DNA of 33,376 nt, taken from positions 1 to 33,376 of the forward strand of contig JWZX01003200.1 of the NCBI GenBank assembly GCA_001275005.1, read 5' to 3'. The notes beneath the pieces were generated by a model. The model searched no databases and was not told where the DNA came from. It saw only the letters and a program-made list of their open reading frames with translations. Made by a program: the position numbers and the translations under genes. Positions 11,797 through 21,438 of this stretch are shown here, one piece after another. The stretch's first letter is position 1, and the number at the start of each line of letters is the position of its first letter. This DNA is from Chrysochromulina tobinii. Lineage: Eukaryota.

Positions 11797-12037
11797 TACA
11801 ATCAACCAGCAAGGACATGCCATTGGGCATCTGAGCCAGCAGCTGGCACAAGCCAACGCGGTGCTGCTGCAGGCGCACAAGGATGTGATGCGGCTGTTGC
11901 ATGCGCACACGGACACGACCTAAAAGGCGAACACGGAATTTGCGAATGCCGTGAGTAAGCACGCGGAGCTCCAAGCGTTGTTGCTCGCCGAACAATCGAG
12001 GGAGCGCAAGAAGGATGGGCAAGGCCCGGGTCGGTAA
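11795..12037 (+). pseudogene. Coding-like coiled-coil tail just past the stop of the giant gene (+1 frameshift and internal TAA)
   Basis: Deleting one T from GTTTGATACA gives KSVDTINQQGHAIGHLSQQLAQANAVLLQAHKDVMRLL...TT*KANTEFANAVSKHAELQALLLAEQSRERKK...*. Confidence 0.45.
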
Positions 12038-12065
12038 AGAACATGTTGTACTACTGCACGAACGT

Positions 12066-12071
12066 AATAAA
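12066..12071 (+). promoter_or_regulatory. Possible polyadenylation signal AATAAA of giant gene
   Basis: Hexamer about 30 nt after the TAA at 12035-12037, at the start of an AT-richer stretch. Confidence 0.3.
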
Positions 12072-12705
12072 CGCGTAGGTCCCTAGTTGTACTCAGTGTC
12101 GTGCATACATAGTAGGGAGAATATGAGGCAATAATTCAAAATTCAACGATCACGCACAATCAATTGGCGACCTCTTATGCTGAGTCGTAAGGCATGCCTT
12201 GCTTGCTTTTGCATGCGGGACGTCTTTCGTACATGCAGAAGACATCTGCAACTCGCCCACTACTCGCCCTGACGACAGCTGACCGCACAATCGATTGCGC
12301 GATCGTCGGAGCGGAGACGTAGGAAGCGGGCGCAGCAGAAGGAGCCTGAGCAAAGTCGGAGACCATGGAAGAACCGGAAGCCGTAGTCGAAGGTCAAGGC
12401 GAAGGAAGCGGTCAACAGGGAGCTCGAGTGTCGAGATGCCTGCACAAGGGACGCCGACTCGGGAGAAGCAGCAGCTCAGAGCTCGGCCCTTAGTGGCCAG
12501 CTCTCGGGCATGCCGATTATAAATCATCATCCCTAACTTGTGATGCACAGAGAAGACGCAGCTGGTCAGCCCACCGAGGACGCCAACGAGGTCAAGGACA
12601 CCAAGGGGCTCGAAGGACGCAAGGATGGATACAACGGTACACCCGCCGCCGGACGACAGACGAGGAGCATGCCAAATGAGGTTGCCGTCATATTTGACGG
12701 CTGCA

Positions 12706-12731
12706 CCAGGCTCCCAATTAGTGAACGAGGC
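12706..12731 (+). repeat. 26-bp exact direct repeat, copy 1 (CCAGGCTCCCAATTAGTGAACGAGGC)
   Basis: Identical to 14254-14279. Both copies are followed by TAyGTAAAA...AAATTTGG. Confidence 0.9.
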
Positions 12732-12854
12732 GGCGGATATGTAAAAACTGAAATTTGGGTCTCGCAAGAAGATCGGGGACAGACAAGGGGGGGGGAGGCG
12801 TGTGTGAGAGATGTGAATGGCCTCGTACCTGTAACCAATATGCTAAATCATGAT

Positions 12855-12927
12855 ACGTTACTGTGCAGGGGGACCCGTATTACGGGACCGCGACGAAACT
12901 GACTGACAGACTGACTGACGTTACAGT
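12855..12927 (+). mobile_element. Very short insert with hairpin and (GACT)n-like tail between 10-bp direct repeats; possible truncated retroposon 3' end
   Basis: ACGTTACTGT (12855-12864) and ACGTTACAGT (12918-12927) flank CCCGTA-T-TACGGG and ACTGACTGACAGACTGACTG. Confidence 0.35.
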
Positions 12928-14021
12928 CAATTGCGGGTCTTACGGCCGTTTTTACGGCCGATGAAGTACACCTCTCCCTCGAGGAACCTCTTGAGGGTCG
13001 GGTGCTTCCCTCGAAACCGGTAGATCTCGTCGTAGAGAAGGCCAAGCCACCAGTCGTAGAAATGGAGTGGTAGCCGTACCGGATGATAGATCTGGTCGTT
13101 TTCGGAGAGGCGGACGGCGCGCTCCTGAAAGATGAAGAGCCCCCGCGGGCGGAGCAGCCTGTAGGCTGTCTCTAGCGTGGCGAATGCGTTGAATGTGTGC
13201 TCGATGCAGTTGATCATGACGACGACGTCAAAGGTCTCATTTTCGGAATAGGGCACCTCCTCCGCTCCTATCGAGTGGAGGTCGACGGGCACCCCATTAA
13301 GAAAGCCATTCTTGTACAGCGTGTTGCCAGAGCGCAGGTAGCCGTTGATTCCCGGGTCGACGAGGGTGATCGACGTCGCGTTGATGTCGGGACGCGCGTT
13401 GAGCATGAAGTGCGTCTGCGTCCAGCACTGCCCGGAGCCGAGCTCGACTATGCGACCAAGATTTCCCACAGGAAGCGCCGCGTAACGGCCAAAGAACTGC
13501 ACGTGTCCAAGCGCGCGATCGCCGCTCTGTGCATCTGAACTGCGCGATTCTTTCCATAGGAGCGCCTCGGCCTCTTGCGCTTTCTCCCATCGCGCCTTTG
13601 GTATCACTGCAGAGCCGTAGTCAGGGTGACGAAAGCAGCTGTCAAACCGCCGCCTGTAACTTGCGGCTCGAGTTGGTTCGCGACATGGTAAGGGTGGCGG
13701 CGCTGTGAGCTGACAAAAGTCGCCTCGTGAACCCGGCTTGCAAAAGCACTTGCCAAAAAAGCACACACCGCGCGCGCTGCAGTTGGAGGTCGCGTTCATG
13801 CACTGACGGTTGGGGTTGAAGGCGAGGGTACCATAGCTGCACGTGCTGAACACGCTGTCATACTCTTTTGTGCGCTCAATGCACAAAGCGGGTAACAAAG
13901 CGGGTGGTGCCGCGTGAGCACTTGCTGTGGCGAAGAGAGAGGCGATGACGGCGAAACTGGAGCGCGCACGGAGTGCACCCGAACGCTCCATGCGGATCGC
14001 AACAAGACCGCCCGCGGCCAT
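12927..14021 (-). CDS. Class I SAM-dependent methyltransferase with N-terminal signal/anchor and EGF-like domain (~364 aa)
   Basis: Hydrophobic FAVIASLFATASAHA; EGF-like CSARGVCFFGKCFCKPGSRGDFC; motif I IVELGSG, ITLVDP, FDVVVMINCIEH, LLRPRGLFIF. Start could be 14066, 14021 or 13991. Confidence 0.8.
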   Translation of the reverse strand: MAAGGLVAIRMERSGALRARSSFAVIASLFATASAHAAPPALLPALCIERTKEYDSVFSTCSYGTLAFNPNRQCMNATSNCSARGVCFFGKCFCKPGSRGDFCQLTAPPPLPCREPTRAASYRRRFDSCFRHPDYGSAVIPKARWEKAQEAEALLWKESRSSDAQSGDRALGHVQFFGRYAALPVGNLGRIVELGSGQCWTQTHFMLNARPDINATSITLVDPGINGYLRSGNTLYKNGFLNGVPVDLHSIGAEEVPYSENETFDVVVMINCIEHTFNAFATLETAYRLLRPRGLFIFQERAVRLSENDQIYHPVRLPLHFYDWWLGLLYDEIYRFRGKHPTLKRFLEGEVYFIGRKNGRKTRN

Positions 14022-14253
14022 GGGGAAAAGAAACAGAAATAGAGTTTCGATTGGTAAGAATGGCATGCAAGATGAACTCCCCCCGGAACATAGCGTGACC
14101 TGCACAGATGCTAGGTAAAACGAATAGGTATCAGGTAGCGGCGCCACCCACGAAGTGGATGAATTTGGGGGATGTTCCTTGGGATGTTCAAATAAATACT
14201 ATTGTAAGTCGTGGCCGGCGGAGAGTGTAGCATACCATTAGCTCGGCCCGCCC

Positions 14254-14279
14254 CCAGGCTCCCAATTAGTGAACGAGGC
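14254..14279 (+). repeat. 26-bp exact direct repeat, copy 2
   Basis: Identical to 12706-12731. It lies in the divergent intergenic region. Confidence 0.9.
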
Positions 14280-14400
14280 AGAGTATACGTAAAATTTGGT
14301 GGAAAAAAAGCATGCATGACGTCCAGAAGAAACAAGAATCGCTTTTGGAAAGTTGAGTCTCCTACCATGGTACCGCGTGCTCGAGACGACCGCCCGCTGG

Positions 14401-16092
14401 ATGCGGCTGTACCACATGCTCCTTTGGGCAAGTCAGATGCGCGCGGCAAGTCACATGCGGTCACATGCGCGCGGCACTTCACATGCGCGCGGCGACAACG
14501 CCCTCGGGCATGAATTCGCCAGTGTGCGGTCCTGGGCTGACAGCCTTCGAGGGACCGGCAGACCAGCGCCTCTTCGACTGCTCGATGACGCAGGGCGGCC
14601 CGCGACCAAGGCCTTTGACAGCCGCTGCGCAGGCGAGGCTTATGCGGTGCTGATCACGCAGCACAGCACTGGGTCGAAAGCGGTCTCCCACACACAGAAG
14701 AACTTTGACGACAAGGGCGGTGCCAGCGGGCTGGCATCAGCCATGAAGGTCACCGGTGTGGTGCGCTCGCAGCTGAGGTTGCTCGTGGTCCTGGCGCGCT
14801 CGCTGAGGCGTGTAGAGCGCTGCCGACGCGCCATCGTGATTCTCCTCGGCGAGATGGTGACGTTGCCTGCAGACGTGCGCGTCGAGCTCTCGCAGCTCGG
14901 CATTCGAATCGCCGCTGTGCCGCCCCTGCTGCTCGGTACCGCGTGCCTCGACAAGCTGCACGCGTGGCGGCTCCCCTTTGAGCGAGTGGCCATGCTCGAT
15001 GCGGACGTGGTTGTGCTTCAGCCTCTTGATGACCTATTCTCGAGGCCGGAAGAGTTCCTGATCGCGCGACATAACGGAGGCGGGTTAGAGCAGGCTCAAT
15101 GCGGTCTGCCCAAGGAGCGTTGGGGCATCGGCGCCTTCTTCGTCCTCCGCCCCAACCTCACCGCCTTCTCTGCGCTCTCGGCGTTTGCCAACGGACCGAT
15201 GCTCAATCTCCCGGCACTCGAAACCTATAGCGAACAGATTCTGCTGCCATGCTACTTTGCGAGCACGTCCCACACGATGCACCCGCGGTGGTTGTGGGAG
15301 ACTGGGCCTGGCGTATCTTACAAGGCGCAGCACTGTGCAGGCATGCCGCCACTCGCGACGCCGCCGCCACCGCCAGGTGCACACGAGGAGCGAACGGCAG
15401 GGAGGCGGCTCGCTCACGCGCCATCTCTGGAGTCGCCGGTGCAGTCGGGGCTGTCTCTCGAGCAAGCGGCGCTGCTTCTGGCCGCTGGGAACGTGTCGGC
15501 CCACATCAAAAGGCTCAGCCCATACCTGCAGCACTGCCTGAACAACATCCGAAACAAGCGCATCTCAAGCGTCTACCGGACTTGCCTCTTCTCTCCCGCG
15601 AGCCGCTGCCTTCCACAGACCCCCGAGCGCATGCTTGACCTGTGCTACGGACATCCGAACCTCACTTCCGAAGAGGATTGCGGCTTCGGCGCTGGCCACG
15701 TGCACGCGTGGCACTTCAAGGGGTTTGCCAAGCCCTGGCGCGAAGCTTATGACACGGGCGAGTGCCACAGATTGGCGATGCGAGGCTATCTGCGCCTCGA
15801 GGGCCTGAATGGCGATGCGAGCCTCGAGCACTCACGGCGTCTGGCCTCCGACGACGCGCTTCAGTGGCGGCGGCCAGATGCGGGCCATCATGGCCCCGCA
15901 CTCGATGCGTGCGTGAGTAGACTCACAGGGCGGAGAGTGCTCTGGGCGAGGAACACGAGCGAGGACGCCCCGCCCGACCGCGGAAACGACGCAGGCGCCA
16001 AGCCATTCGCGCTCCCGAGGCAATGCTGCACACCAAATATTGCGATGAAGGCCTATTGGCATGGCTTACTCAACGACACAGCCATTGTGTGA
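14401..16092 (+). CDS. GT8-family (glycogenin-like) glycosyltransferase (~563 aa)
   Basis: KLHAWRLPFERVAMLDADVVVLQPLDDLF (DxD motif), FFVLRPN, EQILL, HFKGFAKPW. Start codon uncertain. Confidence 0.8.
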   Translation: MRLYHMLLWASQMRAASHMRSHARGTSHARGDNALGHEFASVRSWADSLRGTGRPAPLRLLDDAGRPATKAFDSRCAGEAYAVLITQHSTGSKAVSHTQKNFDDKGGASGLASAMKVTGVVRSQLRLLVVLARSLRRVERCRRAIVILLGEMVTLPADVRVELSQLGIRIAAVPPLLLGTACLDKLHAWRLPFERVAMLDADVVVLQPLDDLFSRPEEFLIARHNGGGLEQAQCGLPKERWGIGAFFVLRPNLTAFSALSAFANGPMLNLPALETYSEQILLPCYFASTSHTMHPRWLWETGPGVSYKAQHCAGMPPLATPPPPPGAHEERTAGRRLAHAPSLESPVQSGLSLEQAALLLAAGNVSAHIKRLSPYLQHCLNNIRNKRISSVYRTCLFSPASRCLPQTPERMLDLCYGHPNLTSEEDCGFGAGHVHAWHFKGFAKPWREAYDTGECHRLAMRGYLRLEGLNGDASLEHSRRLASDDALQWRRPDAGHHGPALDACVSRLTGRRVLWARNTSEDAPPDRGNDAGAKPFALPRQCCTPNIAMKAYWHGLLNDTAIV

Positions 16093-16354
16093 GTTTGAGT
16101 GTCTCTCCGGCCCCGCGTCTTTATACTTACGACACTGCGAGACACTCACCGCACTTTATATAGCTCTGCAACAGGGCAGGGCTTGGGTCTTCCTGTTGAC
16201 AAGGATTGGCCCCGCGGATTCCGTGACGGCGTCCTCGCCTGTAGCTCGCTCCGGTGCACACAAGTTCCGAACCATTCACACCTCGGAGTTCACACGAGTT
16301 TTTCCCCGAAGACCCTGCATTTGATGACGACGTACAGTACTTGTACCTCGTGTG

Positions 16355-17202
16355 ATGATGCCACTCTTCTTGTGCGCCGCTGCGAGCGCCCTGTTCCTCC
16401 TGCAGACGCCGCCGCCTCCGCTGCAGTCCGCCCATCCAGTATCACGACCATTGATGCTCTGCGGCAGCGTCGTCAAGGCCGTCACATTCGCCGAGACCGG
16501 CTTGGGCCGTTCAATGTTGCGGGCGGCGCAGCAGCAGCAATGGCTGACGCCCACGTCCGTACAGAGTGAGGCGATCCCTGCTATTCTCAGCGGCTCAGAC
16601 GTCTGGGCGCAGGCGCCAACGGGCAGCGGCAAGACGGCAGCGTTCGCACTGCCTCTGCTTCAGCGCCTCGACACTGGCGCTCCTCGGCCGCGGGGTCGCC
16701 ATGTAAACACTCTGATCTTGTCGCCGACTCGAGGGCTGGCCGTGCAGACTTCGGAGGCCTTCCGCGCACTCAGCGACAGCGCCGGCACACGCGCCAAGAT
16801 TGTGGCGCTGCATGGCGGCGTCTCGATCAACCCGCAGCTACGCTCGCTCGCTGGCGGCGCCGACGTCCTCGTCGCGACGCCCGGCCGTCTGCTGGATGTG
16901 CTTGCGAACAATGGCGTGCAGCTTGAGCGCGTGGCGACACTGGTGCTGGATGAGGCGGACCGGCTGCTTGCCAACGAGTTCAGCTTCGAGTTGGAGCGCG
17001 TCCTCGAGGCCCTTCCGCCTCCCGCCTCTCGGCAGACGCTCGTGTTCTCGGCGACGTTTCCGTTCACGTCGCGACCGAAGGCGAAGCGCTTGCTCCGACC
17101 GTCACACGTGCGCGTCTCGAGCGAGCTGGCGCAAGCGGCCGCAGATCTCGAGGTCACAGGCTCCGAGGCAGGCGCCTTGGAGGCCCAGCCGAAGGAGGAG
17201 GG

Positions 17203-17247
<45 letters not shown>

Positions 17248-18287
17248 GGAGGAGGCGGAGGTGGATGGGAGATTGGGTGTAGCTCAGCGGAGGCGGCCGA
17301 TCCCCTCGGGTTCTGAGAGGTATAGCAGTGCGCCTCCACCTGCGACCATCGAGCAGCGGGCAATCTTAGTGGATCGGCGCGAGAGGACGCCGCTCCTGCG
17401 CCATCTGCTCGACAGCCAGGGCTGGGCGCGCTGCCTGGTCTTCGTCGGCAGTCAAAAGGCAGCGGACCACGTGGCCTCGAAGCTCAAGAACTCTGGGTCA
17501 GCTGATGGCCGCTGATGGCCGCTGAGGGCTGCTGAGGGCTGCTGAGGGTTGCTGAGGGTTGCTGAGGGCCGCTGACCTCTGATGCCACTGATGAGGGCTG
17601 CTGTGGGCTCTGGCCGGCTCTGGTCGCCATTGATTTGCCTCGGATCGCCTCTGCTTCCCCACCTGAGTGCCTCTGAGTGCCTCCCTCATCAGGTACGACT
17701 CCGAGGCGCTCCATGGCGGCTTGACGCAGGAGGTGCGCGCCTCGCGCCTTCGTGCCTTTGATCGGGCGGAGCTGCGCGTGCTCGTGGCCACGAACGTCGC
17801 GGCGCGTGGCCTCGATGTGGTCGGGCTAGAGGCGATCGTCAATTACGAGCTGCCCCGCTCTACGAGCGACTATACCCACCGGGTCGGCCGGACAGGGCGT
17901 GCTGGCCGGGCGGGCGTCGCCGTTTCCTTTGCGGCCAGCACCGGAGCTGGCAATGAGGAGCACTTCGCGCTCATTGAGCGGCGGCACGCGATGCGGGTGC
18001 CGCGAGAGGTCCTGCCGGGGTTTGTGCCAAAAGAGGTGGACCCCCTGCGTGTAACGACCAGTGAGGTGCAGCTGCGTGATGAGGCGGCGGTTTCGGACGC
18101 CGGGCAGGGGGTGACAGAGACGGAGGGCTTGGCGCCACTGGATGTTTCGGTGCCGGGTGTGCGCCATTCCAAATTAGGGCTCGCGCACGATCGTATGCAT
18201 GGCGGCGTCAAAGGGCGGCGGTTGAGCAAGAAGGACAAGCTGAGAGCGCAGCATGCTGAGGCTGTCCGACGGGTAGGTCCGACGTAA
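16355..18287 (+). CDS. DEAD-box RNA helicase, bacterial RhlE-like, with N-terminal targeting peptide (~578 aa; exons 16355-17496, 17693-18287)
   Basis: Q motif PTSVQ, APTGSGKT, PTRGLA, TPGRLLD, DEAD, SAT, VATNVAARGLD, HRVGRTGRAG. The splice gives KLKNSGYDSEALHG. Confidence 0.92.
17204..17245 (+). repeat. (GAT)14 microsatellite encoding poly-Asp in the helicase inter-domain linker
   Basis: 14 perfect GAT units read directly from the sequence. Confidence 0.95.
17497..17692 (+). other. Intron of helicase gene (196 nt, phase 2) built from 10-nt tandem repeats
   Basis: GG|GTCAG, then GCTGATGGCC/GCTGAGGGCT/GCTGAGGGTT units, ending CTCTGAGTGCCTCCCTCATCAG|G. Confidence 0.88.
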
Positions 18288-18416
18288 TCCCGGGAACCAA
18301 AGGTGTCGGAGACGGAGGGGTTTAGGAACATGAAACCGCAGCTCCTTTTGGCGGCACAACCTGATGATCATAATCACACCACCACGTTCACACCTCGCAT
18401 AAACTCTCGTTTTGCG

Positions 18417-19997
18417 ATGGACGTCGAGTCACCTGCGGACCCGAACGAGTGCTTCGTCGGTGTCAAGCCGTTCGAGCGCGCGCTCGTGAAGCTCATCACG
18501 ACTGCTGCGGTCTCGCTTCCATCCTGCTTCTTGCATCCACTCGTGCCGGGCGACGACGGACATACGACCGAAGGTGTCTACTGGGAAGGGCTCCACGCCG
18601 AGGTGCATCCAGCTGGAAATGCAGCGGGTGGCGCCTTGCCTGCCTCCCGCGTGCAGCGCAAATGCTGGCAGCTCGAGAGCCTCATCTCCATCTCTAGACT
18701 GCTCAGTGACGGCCTGCAGGAGGCACGTGGCACGGACGTGGACCATGCAGCGAGTAAGAGGCCGTCGTGCCATCTGGTCGATTTTGCGGGCGGTTGCGGC
18801 CCGCTGGGCTTGCCTCTCGCCGCCCTGATGCCCCATGCCGTGGTGACAATCGTCGAGCTCAAGAAGCGTTCGCTCGACATAGCTCGCGCAAAGGCCGCGG
18901 CCGCCGGGCTGACCAACGTACGCTTCTTCGAGGGCGACCTGAGCGCCTTTGCAGAGGCCTTCGACATCGGCCTCGCGTTGCATGCATGTGGAGCGGCGTC
19001 CGACCTGGTGCTCGACGCCTGCGTCGCCGCGCGCGCCTGCTTCGTCATCTGCCCGTGCTGCACCGGCAAGGTGAGCGAGGCGCGAAAGGACGGTTACAGA
19101 TTCCAAGCGACGGGGAGCAGCGAGGGGCGTGTCACGTACCCGCGCTCCCGTGACGTGGCCGCCGTGCTCTCTTCGGGCGAGTACAACTTCCTCGCGTGCG
19201 CCGCGGACGTATCCGACGAGGCTTTGCTGCGTGGACGGCGCGGCATGCTGCGCCGGCTCGCGAAGACATACCTCGAGCATGATCGCTTGCTGTGGGCGGC
19301 AGAGAGGGACTACGAGGTGCGTTTCACGCGCATGCCGGAGCCCGGTGCGACGCCCAAGAGGGACATACTGTGTGGGTGGCCGTCTGAGCAGCCGCCTTCG
19401 CTCCGCGTGATGGGCTGCCTCTCGCGCCGTGCCGGGCAAGATGAAGATCTCTCGGAACTCCTGCGCCTGCGCCAGACGATGAGAGATGCGGGAGAGGCTG
19501 GTGGAGGTGCTGACGAGGCTGGCGAGGCTGGCGGTAGCGAGGCAGGCAATGGGCCGGTGGCCGCGGCATCGGAGCGGTCGTCCAGTGCGCCCTCAAGCAC
19601 CCAAGCACCCAAGCACCCGGGCTTCCACTCCGGCGTCCACTTGGGCGCACTGCTGGCCGCGTCTGAATGGGATCCGGAGGAGCTTGCTGAAGTGACAGCC
19701 ACCCTCGAGGCACTTAAAGATGGTCAGATCCTCACAGTGGCTGCTAGCAGTGCCCGGCGGCGCAGGCTGGTGCACTTTGCGGCGGACGCGCTTGGGCTCC
19801 ATCATGTGACTGTCGCGGGTGATCAGCGGCCGGACCGCGCCCATCCGGGCGCGGTGCAAGTGCAACGTTTCAAGCAGCCGTCTGCCGCAGCAGCAATCGC
19901 CACTTGCGCTGCTACTTGCGCTGCTGAGGCAGTCGTTCCTTCGGAAGAGTGCGCACCGTGCACCGTTTTGGAGGAGGAGGCGGTTGCGCTGTCTTGA
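18417..19997 (+). CDS. GSTCD-like (Methyltransf_32-type) SAM methyltransferase with C-terminal R3H-like domain (~526 aa)
   Basis: RKCWQLES, VDFAGGCGPLGL, ALHACGAASD, CPCCTGK, YPRS; C-terminal SSARRRRLVHFAADALGLHHVT. Alternative ATG at 18330. Confidence 0.8.
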   Translation: MDVESPADPNECFVGVKPFERALVKLITTAAVSLPSCFLHPLVPGDDGHTTEGVYWEGLHAEVHPAGNAAGGALPASRVQRKCWQLESLISISRLLSDGLQEARGTDVDHAASKRPSCHLVDFAGGCGPLGLPLAALMPHAVVTIVELKKRSLDIARAKAAAAGLTNVRFFEGDLSAFAEAFDIGLALHACGAASDLVLDACVAARACFVICPCCTGKVSEARKDGYRFQATGSSEGRVTYPRSRDVAAVLSSGEYNFLACAADVSDEALLRGRRGMLRRLAKTYLEHDRLLWAAERDYEVRFTRMPEPGATPKRDILCGWPSEQPPSLRVMGCLSRRAGQDEDLSELLRLRQTMRDAGEAGGGADEAGEAGGSEAGNGPVAAASERSSSAPSSTQAPKHPGFHSGVHLGALLAASEWDPEELAEVTATLEALKDGQILTVAASSARRRRLVHFAADALGLHHVTVAGDQRPDRAHPGAVQVQRFKQPSAAAAIATCAATCAAEAVVPSEECAPCTVLEEEAVALS

Positions 19998-20421
19998 AGT
20001 ACCGTAACCGGAAGGTGTGAGTAACGACGAGACCAGTCCTCTGGAGCTGGACCCTGAGACCCTGGGCCAACTTATCGGATACTACGTACTCACAGTTTTT
20101 ATTTTCTCGATCTATCGTAAACGTAATAACATACATTAGGTCCAAAAAGTGCTCACGACGCCCTGTGACACATCCACGTCACTTGAGGACATCGGTGAGG
20201 GCATGATCCATCTCATCGTACACGTTCACTGTAAAGTAAATTGACTCTTGTGGACGTTTGTGTGCACAATGGACGTTTGTTTGCCTGAAATGCCGAAAGT
20301 CACGCTGCAGCCGGTAAGTTGCGGGCTTTCAAGTGGGTGAGGTTGATGGCAATATAAAGTATGTCCTCTGGCAAGCACCAAGCAGCCGTGCAAGTGGCTG
20401 CAAACGTCCCTGGTAGTTGCG

Positions 20422-21438
20422 TCAGTGGGTCGTGTTGCGCTGTTCTGCAGCCCTCGCCTGCAGCTCGTGTAGACGTGGTGCAACGCCCTGAAACAACACG
20501 TGCAGATATCGGTTGAGTACGTGCCCCGTCGGATGCGGATACCCTTGGCTGCAATCCGGGACCTCCTCCGGCAAGCAGGTTGAGCGGGTAAGGGTCTCGC
20601 GGTCAAACCAGTGCCAGACATCCGGGCGTTCTGCCAAAACACTGCGTGCGATGTTTGCGCACTCTTGGATGCGCTTCTGTGTGTTTGGAGGCATGGTGTT
20701 GCCACAATTGGGCGCGGCCATGAAGACGAAGAGCTGCGGTACATCCCATGCGGCACGGCCGTACGTTGAGGGCACGTCTGTGCCGTTCACGCGTACTCTG
20801 CGCCGGTAGATGAAGGCGGATGTGGTCATATCCACCACGCCTCGCAGAGCACGCTCATACTGCTGCGCGTAGCTGCCATTCCAGCCGAGGCATTTCCAGG
20901 CATCCTTGAGTCCCCACCATGAAGACACGGACAAGAGGACGAGGCTGGGAGTTCCGACGCTCGAATTCGCGAGGCGTTGCAGGGGCAATAGATCGGCCGA
21001 GTGGCCATATTTGGTCCACACCATAGTCAATCGCGTCCGATCTACGAAAGCATCCTCGAGGCAAGGGCACGATGGCGAATCCCACGAGCAGCCGCCCTCG
21101 TGCGCCTCCTTGGGGACGTCAAAACAGCTGCCAGCTTGATAGTGACTACCGACACTGCCTGGCCAGCTCTCCCACTCGCCACTGAGGAACTGGATGAGGA
21201 AGTGGTACACCATGCGTATGCTGCTATCACCAACCAACACTACCCAGCGTCCCGCGAGGGCGCTAAGCGCATCGGAGACAAACGCCTCACCCAGGCCAGA
21301 AGCCATGTGCTCCTCGCCGTAATGGCTAGGGCCACGGTCGTCTGTCCAGTTCCAAGTTGATTCGTTCCTTGAATCGTTTGGCCCATGGCAGCGCAGGTGT
21401 GCGTGCAGGGGCCATACTCGTGAAGGCCCTAGCTTCAT
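20422..21438 (-). CDS. PC-esterase/SGNH-like acyl-esterase or acyltransferase domain protein (5' end uncertain)
   Basis: LAGRWVVLVGDSSIRMVY (GDS motif), LVLLSVSSWW, and a C-terminal QGYPHP His motif. The protein is Cys/Trp-rich and looks luminal. Confidence 0.6.
   Translation of the reverse strand: MKLGPSRVWPLHAHLRCHGPNDSRNESTWNWTDDRGPSHYGEEHMASGLGEAFVSDALSALAGRWVVLVGDSSIRMVYHFLIQFLSGEWESWPGSVGSHYQAGSCFDVPKEAHEGGCSWDSPSCPCLEDAFVDRTRLTMVWTKYGHSADLLPLQRLANSSVGTPSLVLLSVSSWWGLKDAWKCLGWNGSYAQQYERALRGVVDMTTSAFIYRRRVRVNGTDVPSTYGRAAWDVPQLFVFMAAPNCGNTMPPNTQKRIQECANIARSVLAERPDVWHWFDRETLTRSTCLPEEVPDCSQGYPHPTGHVLNRYLHVLFQGVAPRLHELQARAAEQRNTTH

Noticed and set aside
12150..12767. 205-aa minus-strand ORF and overlapping short ORFs
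   Set aside because: No recognisable motif or consistent coding frame. It could be a decayed gene, but this cannot be supported.
14432..14495. Imperfect TCACATGCGCGCGGC repeats at the GT8 5' end
   Set aside because: A short local duplication in a low-complexity N-terminus or UTR, with no evidence of function.
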